Source: Phoronis australis (Eukaryota > Animalia > Phoronida). From it: DNA of 64,000 nucleotides. The notes under the pieces were generated by a model that worked only from the letters and a program-made list of their open reading frames with translations, searched no databases and was not told the DNA's origin. The position numbers were made by a program, and so were the translations under genes. Shown here piece by piece: positions 23,901 to 43,825 of the stretch. The DNA lies in NCBI GenBank assembly GCA_002633005.1, contig NMRA01000340.1:430728-494727 (forward strand). Reading direction: 5' to 3'. Numbering within the stretch: the stretch's first letter is position 1; every line of letters begins with the position of its first letter.

Positions 23901-25340
23901 GCTGCTCACGAATGCCACAATAGTCAGACCCGTCCAAAAATTAACGTCAGTTGTCGTCTTCTCGTCTGGAATATATCTACCAATTTTTATAATGGTCCTA
24001 TGTGGTTTGGCCAACAAAGAGGCAGACACCCCATGGTTTGGCCAACAAAGAGGCAGACACCCCATGGTTTGGCCAACAAAGAGGCAGACACCCCATGGTT
24101 TGGCCAACAAAGAGGCAGTCACCCCATGGTTTGGCCAACAAAGAGGCAGACACACCCCAGAGAATTGCCACAAGGGGTGTCACAGTAGTGCGACTTGTCA
24201 AAAAATCAACATGTCTTCTAAGCAGCCATTTTTAACACTGCGCTTGTCAGGTGGTATGAGGTCATATCCTCTGGCGGGCGCAGTGCAAAAATGGCCAGTT
24301 TCTGATTTTGGGAACTGAACGAGGGACTGCTTGAAGAAAATGTTTGATAACGGAGTATTTGTTCGAGTTGGAAGGAATTAAAGACATAGACGGCCTCCTA
24401 AGGTGTCGCTGTATGCGCAAAAAGGATTTATAACAACACAACTTTGATGTTTTAGTCAGTGTGAGGCATAATTCATTTCGCCGATAAACGTCTGGCATAT
24501 GAAGCAGCTATAGGAACTACACTGTCTCTACTGCTAGAGACTGTCTTACCTGCTGACAAGGCACCACCTATATAGTCCGGTTACCTATTGTCGTCAGGCT
24601 CCAAAGGTCGTCCACCATCTTGTTTCGCGTGCAGCGCAACCACGCGGGACTTAGCGTTCCAATTTGGAGTGCTCGTGTGCACGTTAGGTACTAACTTATC
24701 GGAAGAGACACGTATCAAAGTAATGAGACAAAAATCGGTGAGTTTACCGATTGTTTTTTAAAACCACTTAAAAATCAGTAGATTTTACTAATACACTTTT
24801 TTGTGCGTTTTCAGAAGATGTTTTNCGGAAGTTTACCAATCACATCGCCACCACTTGCACACGCCTTCTATGCACTAAACTTGTTTGTGCTTAAGTCACC
24901 AGATCAGGGTTTCCTTGATTTTGTTTACTTTGATTACTGCCCGCTTTTATAAATTACAACTATTCAAGTCAAAGGTGGTCGCCATACTACGCGACAATAA
25001 ACTGAAAGGGGTTTCCCAGATTTCAACCTATGGGAGTGACTGAATGTTACATTATTTTAACCAATGAGAAGCCATGTTAAACAACATGTCACAGAGCTAC
25101 CTTTCATAGCACTGCTAGTGCTACTGTGGACTGTAGAGTCTATGATCATGATGACTGTTTACATTTCTAAATTGACCCGTTTTCAGAGTTTTGAGAAAAA
25201 TATTTTGCATTTCAATTCACACCTAAGTGTGTTACGTTGACTTACGGAACATGTATTTCTTGTCCATCAAATGTAACTTCCTGAATTTGGTTCTCCAAAA
25301 CAGATTCTACAGAGACAGCCACTGACTGAGGAAGCGCCAT
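8695..25340 (-). CDS. MED17: Mediator of RNA polymerase II transcription subunit 17; complement(join(8695..8902,10617..10765,13424..13544,15082..15273,16421..16620,17229..17288,17779..17844,18811..18941,19903..20061,21232..21415,22140..22275,23025..23177,25246..25340)), 617 aa
   Basis: 13 exons with GT-AG borders and compatible phases total 1854 nt of open frame. Motifs match MED17 as I recall it: [96 protein letters not shown]. Confidence 0.95.
9890..10480 (+). repeat. Unclassified interspersed repeat with recurring (T)GCCAAATTTCA(T/C)(G/A)AAGATCC modules; related blocks at about 23200-23960 (+) and 45200-45440 (-)
   Basis: Motif recurs about every 75-150 nt (GCCAAATTTCACAAAG, GCCAATTTTCATAAAGATCC, GCCAAATTTCATGAAAG, GCCAGATTTCACAAAGATCC). 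Confidence 0.55.
10617..10765 (-). CDS. MED17: MED17 exon 12 ([21 protein letters not shown]...MASHKGE)
   Basis: Resembles QHQ..GWQVL..ASPSGD; TTGCAG acceptor, GTGAGT donor. Confidence 0.92.
13424..13544 (-). CDS. MED17: MED17 exon 11 ([40 protein letters not shown])
   Basis: Resembles [28 protein letters not shown] acceptor, GTAAGC donor. Confidence 0.93.
15082..15273 (-). CDS. MED17: MED17 exon 10 ([13 protein letters not shown]...[10 protein letters not shown]...)
   Basis: Within ORF 15078..15359; TTGCAG acceptor, GTGAGG donor. Confidence 0.93.
16421..16620 (-). CDS. MED17: MED17 exon 9 ([26 protein letters not shown]...RRLAGP)
   Basis: VLEHSLH and RLAGP motifs; TTTCAG acceptor, GTAAGC donor. 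Confidence 0.92.
16585..16843 (-). repeat. 53-bp tandem array of MED17 exon 9 acceptor junction copies
   Basis: Unit starts at 16585, 16638, 16691, 16744 and about 16798; the first unit is the real exon/intron junction. Confidence 0.8.
17229..17288 (-). CDS. MED17: MED17 exon 8 ([20 protein letters not shown])
   Basis: Resembles PFPSLQLSISLCH; TTTCAG acceptor, GTGAGC donor. Confidence 0.9.
17779..17844 (-). CDS. MED17: MED17 exon 7 ([22 protein letters not shown])
   Basis: Resembles LSREAVQIKS..NQII; TTTCAG acceptor, GTGAGT donor. Confidence 0.9.
18008..18669. mobile_element. hAT-like non-autonomous DNA transposon in MED17 intron 6
   Basis: Ends CAGCGCTC...GAGCG(CT), subterminal (T)GG(C/T)GACC repeats, CTACAAAT at both flanks (right copy overlaps a shortened TIR). 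Confidence 0.55.
18811..18941 (-). CDS. MED17: MED17 exon 6 ([44 protein letters not shown])
   Basis: Conserved [13 protein letters not shown] motif; ATGCAG acceptor, GTATAT donor. Confidence 0.92.
18876..19370 (-). repeat. ~109-bp tandem array of MED17 exon 6 acceptor junction copies
   Basis: CAG|ACTC motif at exon start 18941 and again at about 19050, 19159, 19262 and 19333. Confidence 0.85.
19903..20061 (-). CDS. MED17: MED17 exon 5 ([16 protein letters not shown]...[15 protein letters not shown])
   Basis: Within ORF 19874..20098; TTTCAG acceptor, GTGAGA donor. Confidence 0.95.
21232..21415 (-). CDS. MED17: MED17 exon 4 ([10 protein letters not shown]...[26 protein letters not shown])
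   Basis: Within ORF 21200..21484; splice sites in phase. Confidence 0.95.
22140..22275 (-). CDS. MED17: MED17 exon 3 ([28 protein letters not shown]...LLSKRK)
   Basis: TACAG acceptor, GTAGAT donor, within ORF 21996..22385. Confidence 0.93.
22240..22500 (-). repeat. 63-69-bp tandem array of MED17 exon 3 acceptor junction copies (more degenerate copies at about 22630-22750 and 22940-22970)
   Basis: TCTCAGT anchors at 22259, 22322, 22391 and 22454; copies translate [30 protein letters not shown] versus the real [10 protein letters not shown]. Confidence 0.85.
23025..23177 (-). CDS. MED17: MED17 exon 2 ([17 protein letters not shown]...[14 protein letters not shown])
   Basis: TGCAG acceptor, GTAAGT donor, conserved WPWDSVRN. 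Confidence 0.95.
24003..24158. repeat. 31-bp minisatellite x5 (TGGTTTGGCCAACAAAGAGGCAGACACCCCA) in MED17 intron 1
   Basis: Near-identical units at 24003, 24034, 24065, 24096 and 24127; no spacers. Confidence 0.95.
25246..25340 (-). CDS. MED17: MED17 exon 1 ([32 protein letters not shown])
   Basis: ATG in ATCATGG context, donor GTAAGT; resembles the MED17 N-terminus (ISIESACEKQVHEVGLDG). Confidence 0.9.
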
Positions 25341-27470
25341 GATGGGAAGTGACTTCGACATATACAAAACATTTTTCGTAATTTACAATCTGTCGAGCGT
25401 TTTGAGAATAATTTCTAGTATTTGACATAATTTTCAAACATTTTCTTTTTTCACGATGGAATTGAGTGTTCAATCAGTAGACAAACTCTATAACTTTGGT
25501 GTCAATCGAAAGCTGACTTTTCGTATATTGTCACGTGACCAGATACCAAAGCGGCCTGTTAGTGTTGAAAACTTGCTGCAGTGATTGACGAGGTTGGTTG
25601 CATTTGTGTCAAATATATGCCGAAATGTCGAATCATTTCCTGAGTGATTTGGCCAGCTGAAACATGTATACTTTTTTATTGTCTGTAATTCAAAAGTGTC
25701 AACTGGGTCTGTATATCGTCTTCAACCTGTCCAGGTCGACGTCACTCCTCAGTAACACTGAACAGTAAACCTCACTGTCGAGTGTCGTGACGTTGACTAG
25801 TCACTGATCAATCGGTTACCCACTTAGCCAGCCACATAGCTGTATGAAGACTAACGTCTCTACTTAGCAGTTGAGACGGTGAAGCTGCTATAGGGCCTTC
25901 GTACACTGGAAGCTTTTTGGCTAATTCTGATTAACAGATTAAACCATCAAAGTCCCGTTCCTAGTATACTGGGGAACCCAATGTTCGTCCGCCTAAGCAT
26001 AAAACCGACTTGCTGTTGTACTCACCGAATTATTCCACTTCAAAGTTATGATCTGAATAGGATTCGATTTAACTCTCACAGATATACCGCATTCATCGAT
26101 TCGGAAGTTTTCTTTAATTTGTGCCGAGTTATTTCAAATGTGCACTGCCTTCGGCAGCCATTTTATTNCACAGTTTTGGTCATCGGTAGCTTGTATTAAA
26201 TTAAAATCAAAATTTACCATATAATAATGCCACATATACTTTTATTTTCAATAAATAATTAGAGTTTTGAAAAATAGATAGACCGCGAAAAAGTCACCCT
26301 TCAGACTTCATAGCGGCAATCCCGACGACCGTATTCCTCTTCTTTCGGGAGCCGCCACCGGGAGCCGGGAATTCATAAGAATGTCCTTTGGAATTCCCCC
26401 TGAATAAATATCAGGCCTTTTAAACTGCTGTGTAGTGTAGAAAATATGTCGTCAATCATTCACTTTTTAGCTTTTGCGCTTATCTGCATGACTTACATCC
26501 GCTGACGAATGCGGTGCTTCCAGCTGTACATAGGTAAACACCGGCAAAAATCAAACGTCATCCCTTGTTAACTGTCTCGCAGGCCAGAAAACCTAATTTC
26601 CCATGACGGAATCCATACCCACACTTTTCGTTTCATATTATTGCTTTGATTCTTCCTGAACTCGTTTTTTAGCAACTTAACCAATGCCGTCAATGCCTGG
26701 ACGACTTTCATGTTTAGACGTTTTGTCAGAGTGCAGACGATCAGTAGCATCACGTGACAACTTATTCAGAAACTGCAGGCACATTCAGAGAATCGAAAGG
26801 ATTTGACCGCGAGCGTCATTTGTGCACGTTGCATCAACTCGTTCTATTTTCCTTTCGGTGCTCATTCGAAGACGGGAGTTTCTTTGACGGCCACAGGGGC
26901 TTTTTCGACGGTTTTTAGGCTTGTGTCGGGGTTCGTTACTTTGGAGCAAATGTCGAGCTGACAATCTTAGGATCTACTTGCCTATGCAGCTAGCTTTTTA
27001 ACTTGCCCATCGGGCAAGTACTTTTCAAATTCCACTTGCCCGACGCAAAATCTACATGTACACGGGCAATCGGGCAACCGTTAGTGTTGAGCCCTGCCCA
27101 AAATGTACTTAAAGTAATGGCACTTAGATGGTTTAGTCAGTATGAGGCACAATTTACCAAAAAGCTTCCGGCTTATAAATGCCGTGTTGGAGCTTCACCA
27201 TCTCAACTGCTAGACCTGTAGAGACAGTCACTGTGACACTGTCTACAACTAGGGATGAATACACGATTTTACTGTAAGTGGCTGCCATGTGCCTGAAGTT
27301 TTTCAGTCAATATATGCTTTACTGATTAATCCATCAAACTTTCAAAGTCATGTTGCTGTGAGTATGTACCTTTTGAACATAGAGGGACATCTTGGCTTAA
27401 AGAGTCCGTTGGTGTCTTCAACTCTTCCCAGCTTGTTGAACAGCAATACATTCTGTTACTTTCATTCCAG
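25341..27470. promoter_or_regulatory. Divergent (head-to-head) MED17/PCNX4 promoter region with E-boxes GTCACGTGAC (25530-25539) and ATCACGTGAC (26749-26758)
   Basis: Gene orientation, CpG-richer sequence and palindromic USF/TFEB-type motifs; TSSs not determinable. Confidence 0.55.
26894..27096. mobile_element. hAT-like MITE fragment
   Basis: CAGGG...GAGCCCTG ends and repeated CTTGCCC/GGGCAA subterminal motifs. Confidence 0.4.
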
Positions 27471-27507
27471 GAATCATTATGCTCAAGGTAAAGAAGGGAC
27501 TTGCGGA

Positions 27508-37215
<9,708 letters not shown>

Positions 37216-40200
37216 GTGAACGGAAATGGTGACCGTTTTGGATATTTTTTGATAGACTGAAAAGGTGTAGTTATACAATGTTACCTCTCATGTTGTGCTG
37301 TGTTTCACATTTTTGCAACAAGATAATGGATGAAGTGAAATTGCTTCTCAATTTTAAGCAATAATGAACTTCAAGATAAATTCTGTGATATCTGATTGTA
37401 GTTATGAATGTAAACAAATCTACGCATGCGGCATAAGTTATGTGCTATGCAAGCAGCTTACTTTAGACAAATGTGACGTTCCAACTTCACTCTGGGTCTC
37501 ACAAATTGTAATTGCTTCACTTTAATCTTTGAGATCCACCTCGGAGTAATTTGTAATTTACGTTTTGTTTTACAAAAATTGCAAGCCGTTCATAACTGAT
37601 GCTTTCTTAGGATGCAGTATTCTGAATCATAACATTGTGCTCTAATGAAGCACACTCAACCAAGGACAATTTGTTATTGGCCAGTAAGGTAACACGCCAC
37701 CTTTTGGTCACATTGTGTGAGCCAATGATTTCAACTCTGAAAAGTTGTAATGACTGACCTGGACTTAATTCTTGGATGTGCTTATTGAGTAACAAAAACT
37801 GGTCTGTCATACAGACTTGCTTGCAATTATGGCTTGGATACATTCTACCATATCCTAATGATTGGATTTTTGAGACTGGCTGTTGCTATTGGCAACATGC
37901 ATGGATTGGAGTCTAGCTCTTGAATATTCGATTAAACAGCAATCTTTCCTGACTTGAAATTATTTGGCCTTGTAGTGTTTTCCACAGCTGTTTCCGAAAC
38001 AATAGTGAAATACTTATTCTAAAGAATTCGGACCTGCTGTTTCATATCATAGCATATTAAACGAATTAACATACGTACTAGGCAGCTTGTAAATTTTGAC
38101 CCGAGGTCTGTTTTTGTTTCTTTGAATGATGTTTATCACTGTATTAGATAATTGTAAAGTACCTATTAAATGTACCTCTGTGTCTGTGACCTCCAAACAT
38201 TACTCTAAGCTTGGCTTGAAAATTGGTGAATTATGCGATGCTTTGAGTAATTTTCCAATTTCATGCATAGTAATTGGTCAATTTTCAATTCAAGTCACAA
38301 GTAAATTTTGTCAGTCATAGACCCCAGGCTCCATGTCAAATTTTTCTTGAGACAGTTTGAAATTTTTTTGTAAATTTATTAAAGTGGCACACGATTTGTC
38401 AATATTTGAGTTGAATCTCAAGTACGTGTGGCCGCTGGCCCTGATTAGCAATTAATTTAATTAATTCTTTTGCTGTTAATTTATTTTTAAATTTGTTTTT
38501 GATGAATTTATCTGAGCGTGCCCTTTCTGTATTCATGTTTTACCTCAGTTTTGTTGTTTGACAATATTGAGATTTGTTTATTTAGGGTTTTGCTGAATTT
38601 ATTTTTGTACAAGAACCTCTAGTTTTTGAATCAATCTCGTTTGTCTGTAAGACGTACATCGCATTTAGTGTTTTTAGACATGGCTCAACCCTAAGCATTG
38701 TTTGTCACGAATTCTTGTAAGAACTCTTGAAAAAACCTAAGTACTCTGTAAGAGTTTTCAAAATAGTATGATTTAATTAATAGATTGTCCATGCTCAAAT
38801 TTTATGTATGTGTCAATGGGTAATCTTTACGGTGTTTTCTGACTCGATTGTCATTTTAGATTGCCCTCATAACACATGTAGTCAGCGTTTTGTCCATGGG
38901 TTTTGTTTATCCTTTGATTGTTCTCAAGCTATTCGACTAATCTTGATGAAATTTTGACACTAAGATGGAGCAAGAAAACGTCGGCTTATTCAAGAGTTGG
39001 GTACCACTGCTACCTCTATTGGCCATTTTGTTTTTTGATACAGAATTCCTCATTTGTCGATTATTTTCACTGTGGCTTAACAGTAGCAGTTTTCGAGCAG
39101 AGCTTTACTTTGCTTGTAACTATTTTGTGTCGACTCGAGTATTTTGAGGGTGGATTATGGGTGGATTCTGACGACTCTTGCTCCCTGTGTGCCAAAATTT
39201 GGTCAGTATAAACCAGCCTTTCACAGTAAAAAAATGAATATAATTCAGACCACTTAGCTAGCTGTCTCGGCTATTGTTCCATTCTCAGATTAGAGATGTT
39301 TGGTTTTGGCCGGTAGAACTGGCAATTTGTTATAATTCCATACCAGGCTTGGAAACTATGGATCATCAGGGGTGTTTTATGGGCTAGACCTTGTCATGAA
39401 TAGTAACAAACTGCCAGTGCTTTTCATTTGTCAATGAGTAAGGAACAAGATGGGCGAAGACAAGTAAGCGGTCAATTGATAAAATTGAAAGTGAAATTTC
39501 TTTGATGGAAGGCAGGTTTATGACATAAGGCAAAATAAAAGCTGTGTTATCACATCATAGTAATGCTATCAAGAGTGTGCTGTGGATGCATATTTACGAT
39601 TTGCTATATGGTTTTGTATGATAGTTGTGTGGTTAGCCAGTAATTTTAACTCCTCTAAAACAAGTACCCGTTCAATATTTTTTACTTTACACCACAATAT
39701 TAAAGTAATCTCGACTCTCTACAAGTTTGGAACAATGTTGACCATGTTAATTCTAATGAAAATGATTTGTTAATTTATTTCAAATTATATTTATTTTTTA
39801 ATTAAAGAATTGAATGTGAATGATTTTGTCTTTAATTTTCATTTACTGAACATGTTTTCCCCTAGCATGTCTATTACAGGTTTCAGTTCACACAATTAGA
39901 ACAAGGTAGCTGTTGAAATGAAGTTCAAAATTTTATACTATGAACACAAGTCATATGAACCATTTTGTTTCCATTGATAAATGTCTCAACATGTAACCAA
40001 AATGAAAACAACGAGTTATCGAAGCAAACAAGTGGCTCATTTGCCTTAATTTGTCATATCCACAGGCAAACCCGTATTTTGTATTTGTCTTCCAGTCAAA
40101 TGATTGCATTTTTCTGTACGTATAACCTCTCTTAGTCTATTTCCAAAAGTAGACCAATGCTGTGTTTTCACTGGTTTGTGTGGTATGGCTTCTCAGAATT

Positions 40201-43039
40201 CACCGAGTCAAAACTGTAACACTGATAATCCAATTACATCAAAACTATCGCAATGATGAAATACAGTAAAGTTAAGATATTAGAGATGGGTCTGTTGACA
40301 AAATTCAATTCCAAGAAATGCTTTTAGTTAAAACAAAATTTAAGCAACTATTCATTTGCCCAGCAATTGCAATAAACGCACAAAAAGATGATCAAGGTAT
40401 GACCTTGATTCTGACACTGACATTAAGACACATGACATTCCTTCAGAAGGAATTCCCCTGGCAGCTTCTGAGCTGAGCTAAAACTCCAAGCCAGCTCCGA
40501 AGCAATCATGCATGAACAAATTGTAGTGTACACTCTTTCTGAACTCAAGAGATCAATTCTCAGCTAGGTATCGGAAAATCTCACCATTTTCATACTAAAG
40601 TATTAAATTGCCCTTTTCTCTCGTTTCAAATGCGCTTACAATGAAGTTGTGAATGTTTGTAACTTTTTAAAACACTGCCTCACGGTAGCTACATGTATGG
40701 TATAGAACAAGGAAGGCATTAATTTGGTGCTTCACATCTTTCATTACCTACCATTTTCCTTGACTGTGAAAACCAGGTAATTTCCAACATCAAGATCTGC
40801 TAGCATCATGTTCCATTAAACTTGACAAACAAGCCTATCGTGTTGGTACACAATGTGATAGTAAGCCAGTCAGAGCTTACAGTCACACAAAGGGAATGAG
40901 CGGTTTAAAGTTAAGTCTTAAATTCTTCGAAAATCGGCCGTTTTTCTCCGTTTGAAGTTTTTTAGTGATAGCATTTCATAAAGAACACATCTTCTTCAAG
41001 ACATTTGTTGAATGATGTTTACAAATAGTATTTTTAAGTATAAGTTAGCATCAGGCACACCGTTTACAGAATTGCTGGATTACGAGAACTTATCAGATGA
41101 ACGCAGACAATGAGAGAGCAGGATTACGTAAATATTGGTTTGCCAACTTTCTCTCCTCGCTATCCCTGACTAACTGACACAGCTGTATCGCAACTAGCCG
41201 ATCAGTTTAGTTGGGATACTCATCCCAAAGCGCGGGTGCGTAAAGTCATGCAAACTTAAAAATAAAATTTCACTTGACAATATGTACCATATTGTACATG
41301 ACGTATCATAAATTGTTGAGATTTTGCCATAAAGACTAACAGGAGACCAATTTTATCATAATTAAGTGGCAAAAATAAATAGTTGGGTTCTTTTAAGCGG
41401 AAAGCAAGCACCGCTTTGTTGGCCCTTTATGCTATACACTCTACCTCATTTCACAGTCACCTTCTAGATGAAAAGCAACATCCAATAAATAAATGCGCAG
41501 TTAACATCGACATGTAACTAGGAAAGAAGGAGAAGTGACCGCTACTGCAGACCAATGAGTTATGCGATGTCGAGTAAATCAAAATGATGAGTATGTGGTG
41601 GACTAAGAAATATTGGGTTATTGATGTTGCCATAAGTTGATCAATATTTGGATATTTGGGAGAGGTCATTTTCAGAGAATACCTGAAAAGCAAGCTGTGT
41701 ATCTCCACCTTTCAGAATGTGAAATACATCTTGGAACCCTGTTGATTTCTGATCGAGAACATATGGCATAAGAGATCAGTATACTTCAATCTTTCAGTTT
41801 ATGCTCAAGTCCAACTTAACTCACTGCACAATTTAAATAATTACGCTAATAACAACATACATGTTATGTATAGAGAACTTGGTAAAACCCAATATCATTA
41901 TAATAGTACCTGCATATCATATCATATCATATCATAGAATAACAACTGTTTACAGGTAGTTTTATAAACAGCTAAAAGTTATGGCTTTTATTAAACTATG
42001 TCTATTAGTAATCTACTCATTATTTACATAGCACAAACCAAAAATAATGGACATACCCAATGACTAATAATGAAACATAGTTTCGAAAAAATACCAGAAG
42101 TGGCAATTCTGGTAGGTTTAACGCACAACATTAAAGTTGCACTTTGTCAAATAACATCACAAAAATAATATGCAAACAGGCAGCCAAACTAACAAAGAAT
42201 CTAAATTCACTGAGACTGAAATGTGGCAAATTTTCTAGTTGGCGCACAACAGGGCGAGGTAATATAATCGTATTTTTTTCAAATTACTGAACCAGAGTAC
42301 ACTGTAAACTTCAAAAATACAATATTGTTGAAGGGATGTCACATATTTAACACAAGCGGTAAGACTTTGACTATTTGCAGCAATGGAGGAACGGCAATTG
42401 ATGTACCCAAATTCCTAGAACATGATTAAATTAAAATAATTGTCAAAAATCTAAACAATCGTCAAAATAGAGTCACACATTCATTGCACATAACTTATAA
42501 ACTAAACTTTGTGGACGTATAGTACACGGCTGAAATAATCGAGAGACAAATACTTTCTATACCACAAGGACTGTTTCTGTTGATGGCAAAAATAACCACA
42601 AATGACTCATCCTTGCAACAAAAGAGCGTTTTCGCTGTGCTCACTTTCTGGTAAGTTCAGTGCCATTCCCAGTCATGACAATGAATTCCATTTAAACCCA
42701 GCTGCCACGACAGAGAATTCTGGGTCACTTTATCAAATTACATCTAGCGTGCACATTACATTTTACACACGAGGGCGAATGAAACACACCATAGATAAAT
42801 TATAATAACTCTTCTAGGACGATATGTATAATGAAAGTCAAATGATTACAATCTACAGTGAGGTTGGTGATCTCATTAAATGAACAAGGCAGCCGCCCAG
42901 TGGAGCCAGGTGCAGCTCATGTCAGTACAGAGAGCAAGAATACAGAAAATATAATATTACCAATATTCCCATGTCATATAGTACAGTGCTATCACAAAAA
43001 ATTTACATCTAAATGCATGCGAATAAAGAAAATCTGCTC

Positions 43040-43470
43040 AAAATTTACAATGCATTGTAGGTAAATCTTGACTTAAAATCTTGAACCTGGTCTGCTGGAC
43101 TGTTAATACCTAATTCCCCGATCTTTGAAGACGGACTGTCTCTTTCGATGGGATGATGTTGACTACTAGTAGTGGCGGGAACTCCGGTTATGTGGGATCT
43201 CGTTTGTCTGGTGACATTATCAACACTCTCATTCCATGCAGATGACAATTTGAATCTGGCACCACCTAGTGTATTGAGAGGTTTCAGGGCTTGGATGTAG
43301 CTAGCCTCTCTGTCAAACCAATTTTTCTAACTGCACAGGATAAATAAGGTAGGATGCGCCACATTCAAATTGTCATCTGCACAATGTCACCAGGAGAACA
43401 AGATCTTGCATGACCGGAGAGTTCCCGCAACTAGTAGTAGTCAACATTATCCATTGAAGGAGACGAGATG
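43040..43470 (-). mobile_element. Penelope-like retroelement 3' relic with inverted duplication
   Basis: Minus strand translates KNWFDREASYIQALKPLNTLGGARFKLSSAWN, resembling the GIY-YIG endonuclease C-terminus of PLEs (W..R...EA.YI....P.LN..GG...L...W); arms 43137-43269 and 43350-43465 are inverted. Confidence 0.65.
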
Positions 43471-43711
43471 TTTACCACCATCAAGGGATTAAGTAAATAC
43501 ATTTCAGCTGTCCAAGTTCAAGTAACAATAGTATGCATTTCCTGGATAACTCAAAAACTACACTACTGAAATATATTCTCAATAGACACACTTGCAATCC
43601 AGAAATAAGGTATTGGTGATCACTGGTAATAAACGGTGCACAGAATGTGAAACTCTCCTGTGTTGACCTTCTTCCACATCACCTTTGCGTTTCACAAGTG
43701 ACCCCTGGTGT

Positions 43712-43825
43712 TCAGGAAACAACACAGCCGCTGCTGTTCTTAGGATCCTTGTTGGACTGAGGGATATCAGCCTCCTTCACTGGCGGCAAGTCACCCTCGG
43801 CCTTCACTGCTTCCTTCCCTGCTTT
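43712..43825 (-). CDS. BROX: BROX terminal exon with CaaX box (...PVKEADIP...SGCVVS*)
   Basis: PVKE.DI motif and CVVS prenylation motif before TGA. Confidence 0.92.
   Translation of the reverse strand, partial: KAGKEAVKAEGDLPPVKEADIPQSNKDPKNSSGCVVS

Noticed and set aside
24003-24158. 31-bp direct repeats as a CRISPR array, and overlapping repetitive ORFs
   Set aside because: Units abut with no spacers, there are no cas genes and the context is a eukaryotic intron. The ORFs arise because the unit lacks stop codons.
27289-27507. N-terminal extension of PCNX4 in ORF 27289..28206
   Set aside because: It starts at a non-ATG codon and crosses a splice acceptor at 27470; homology begins at the ATGs 27508/27511.
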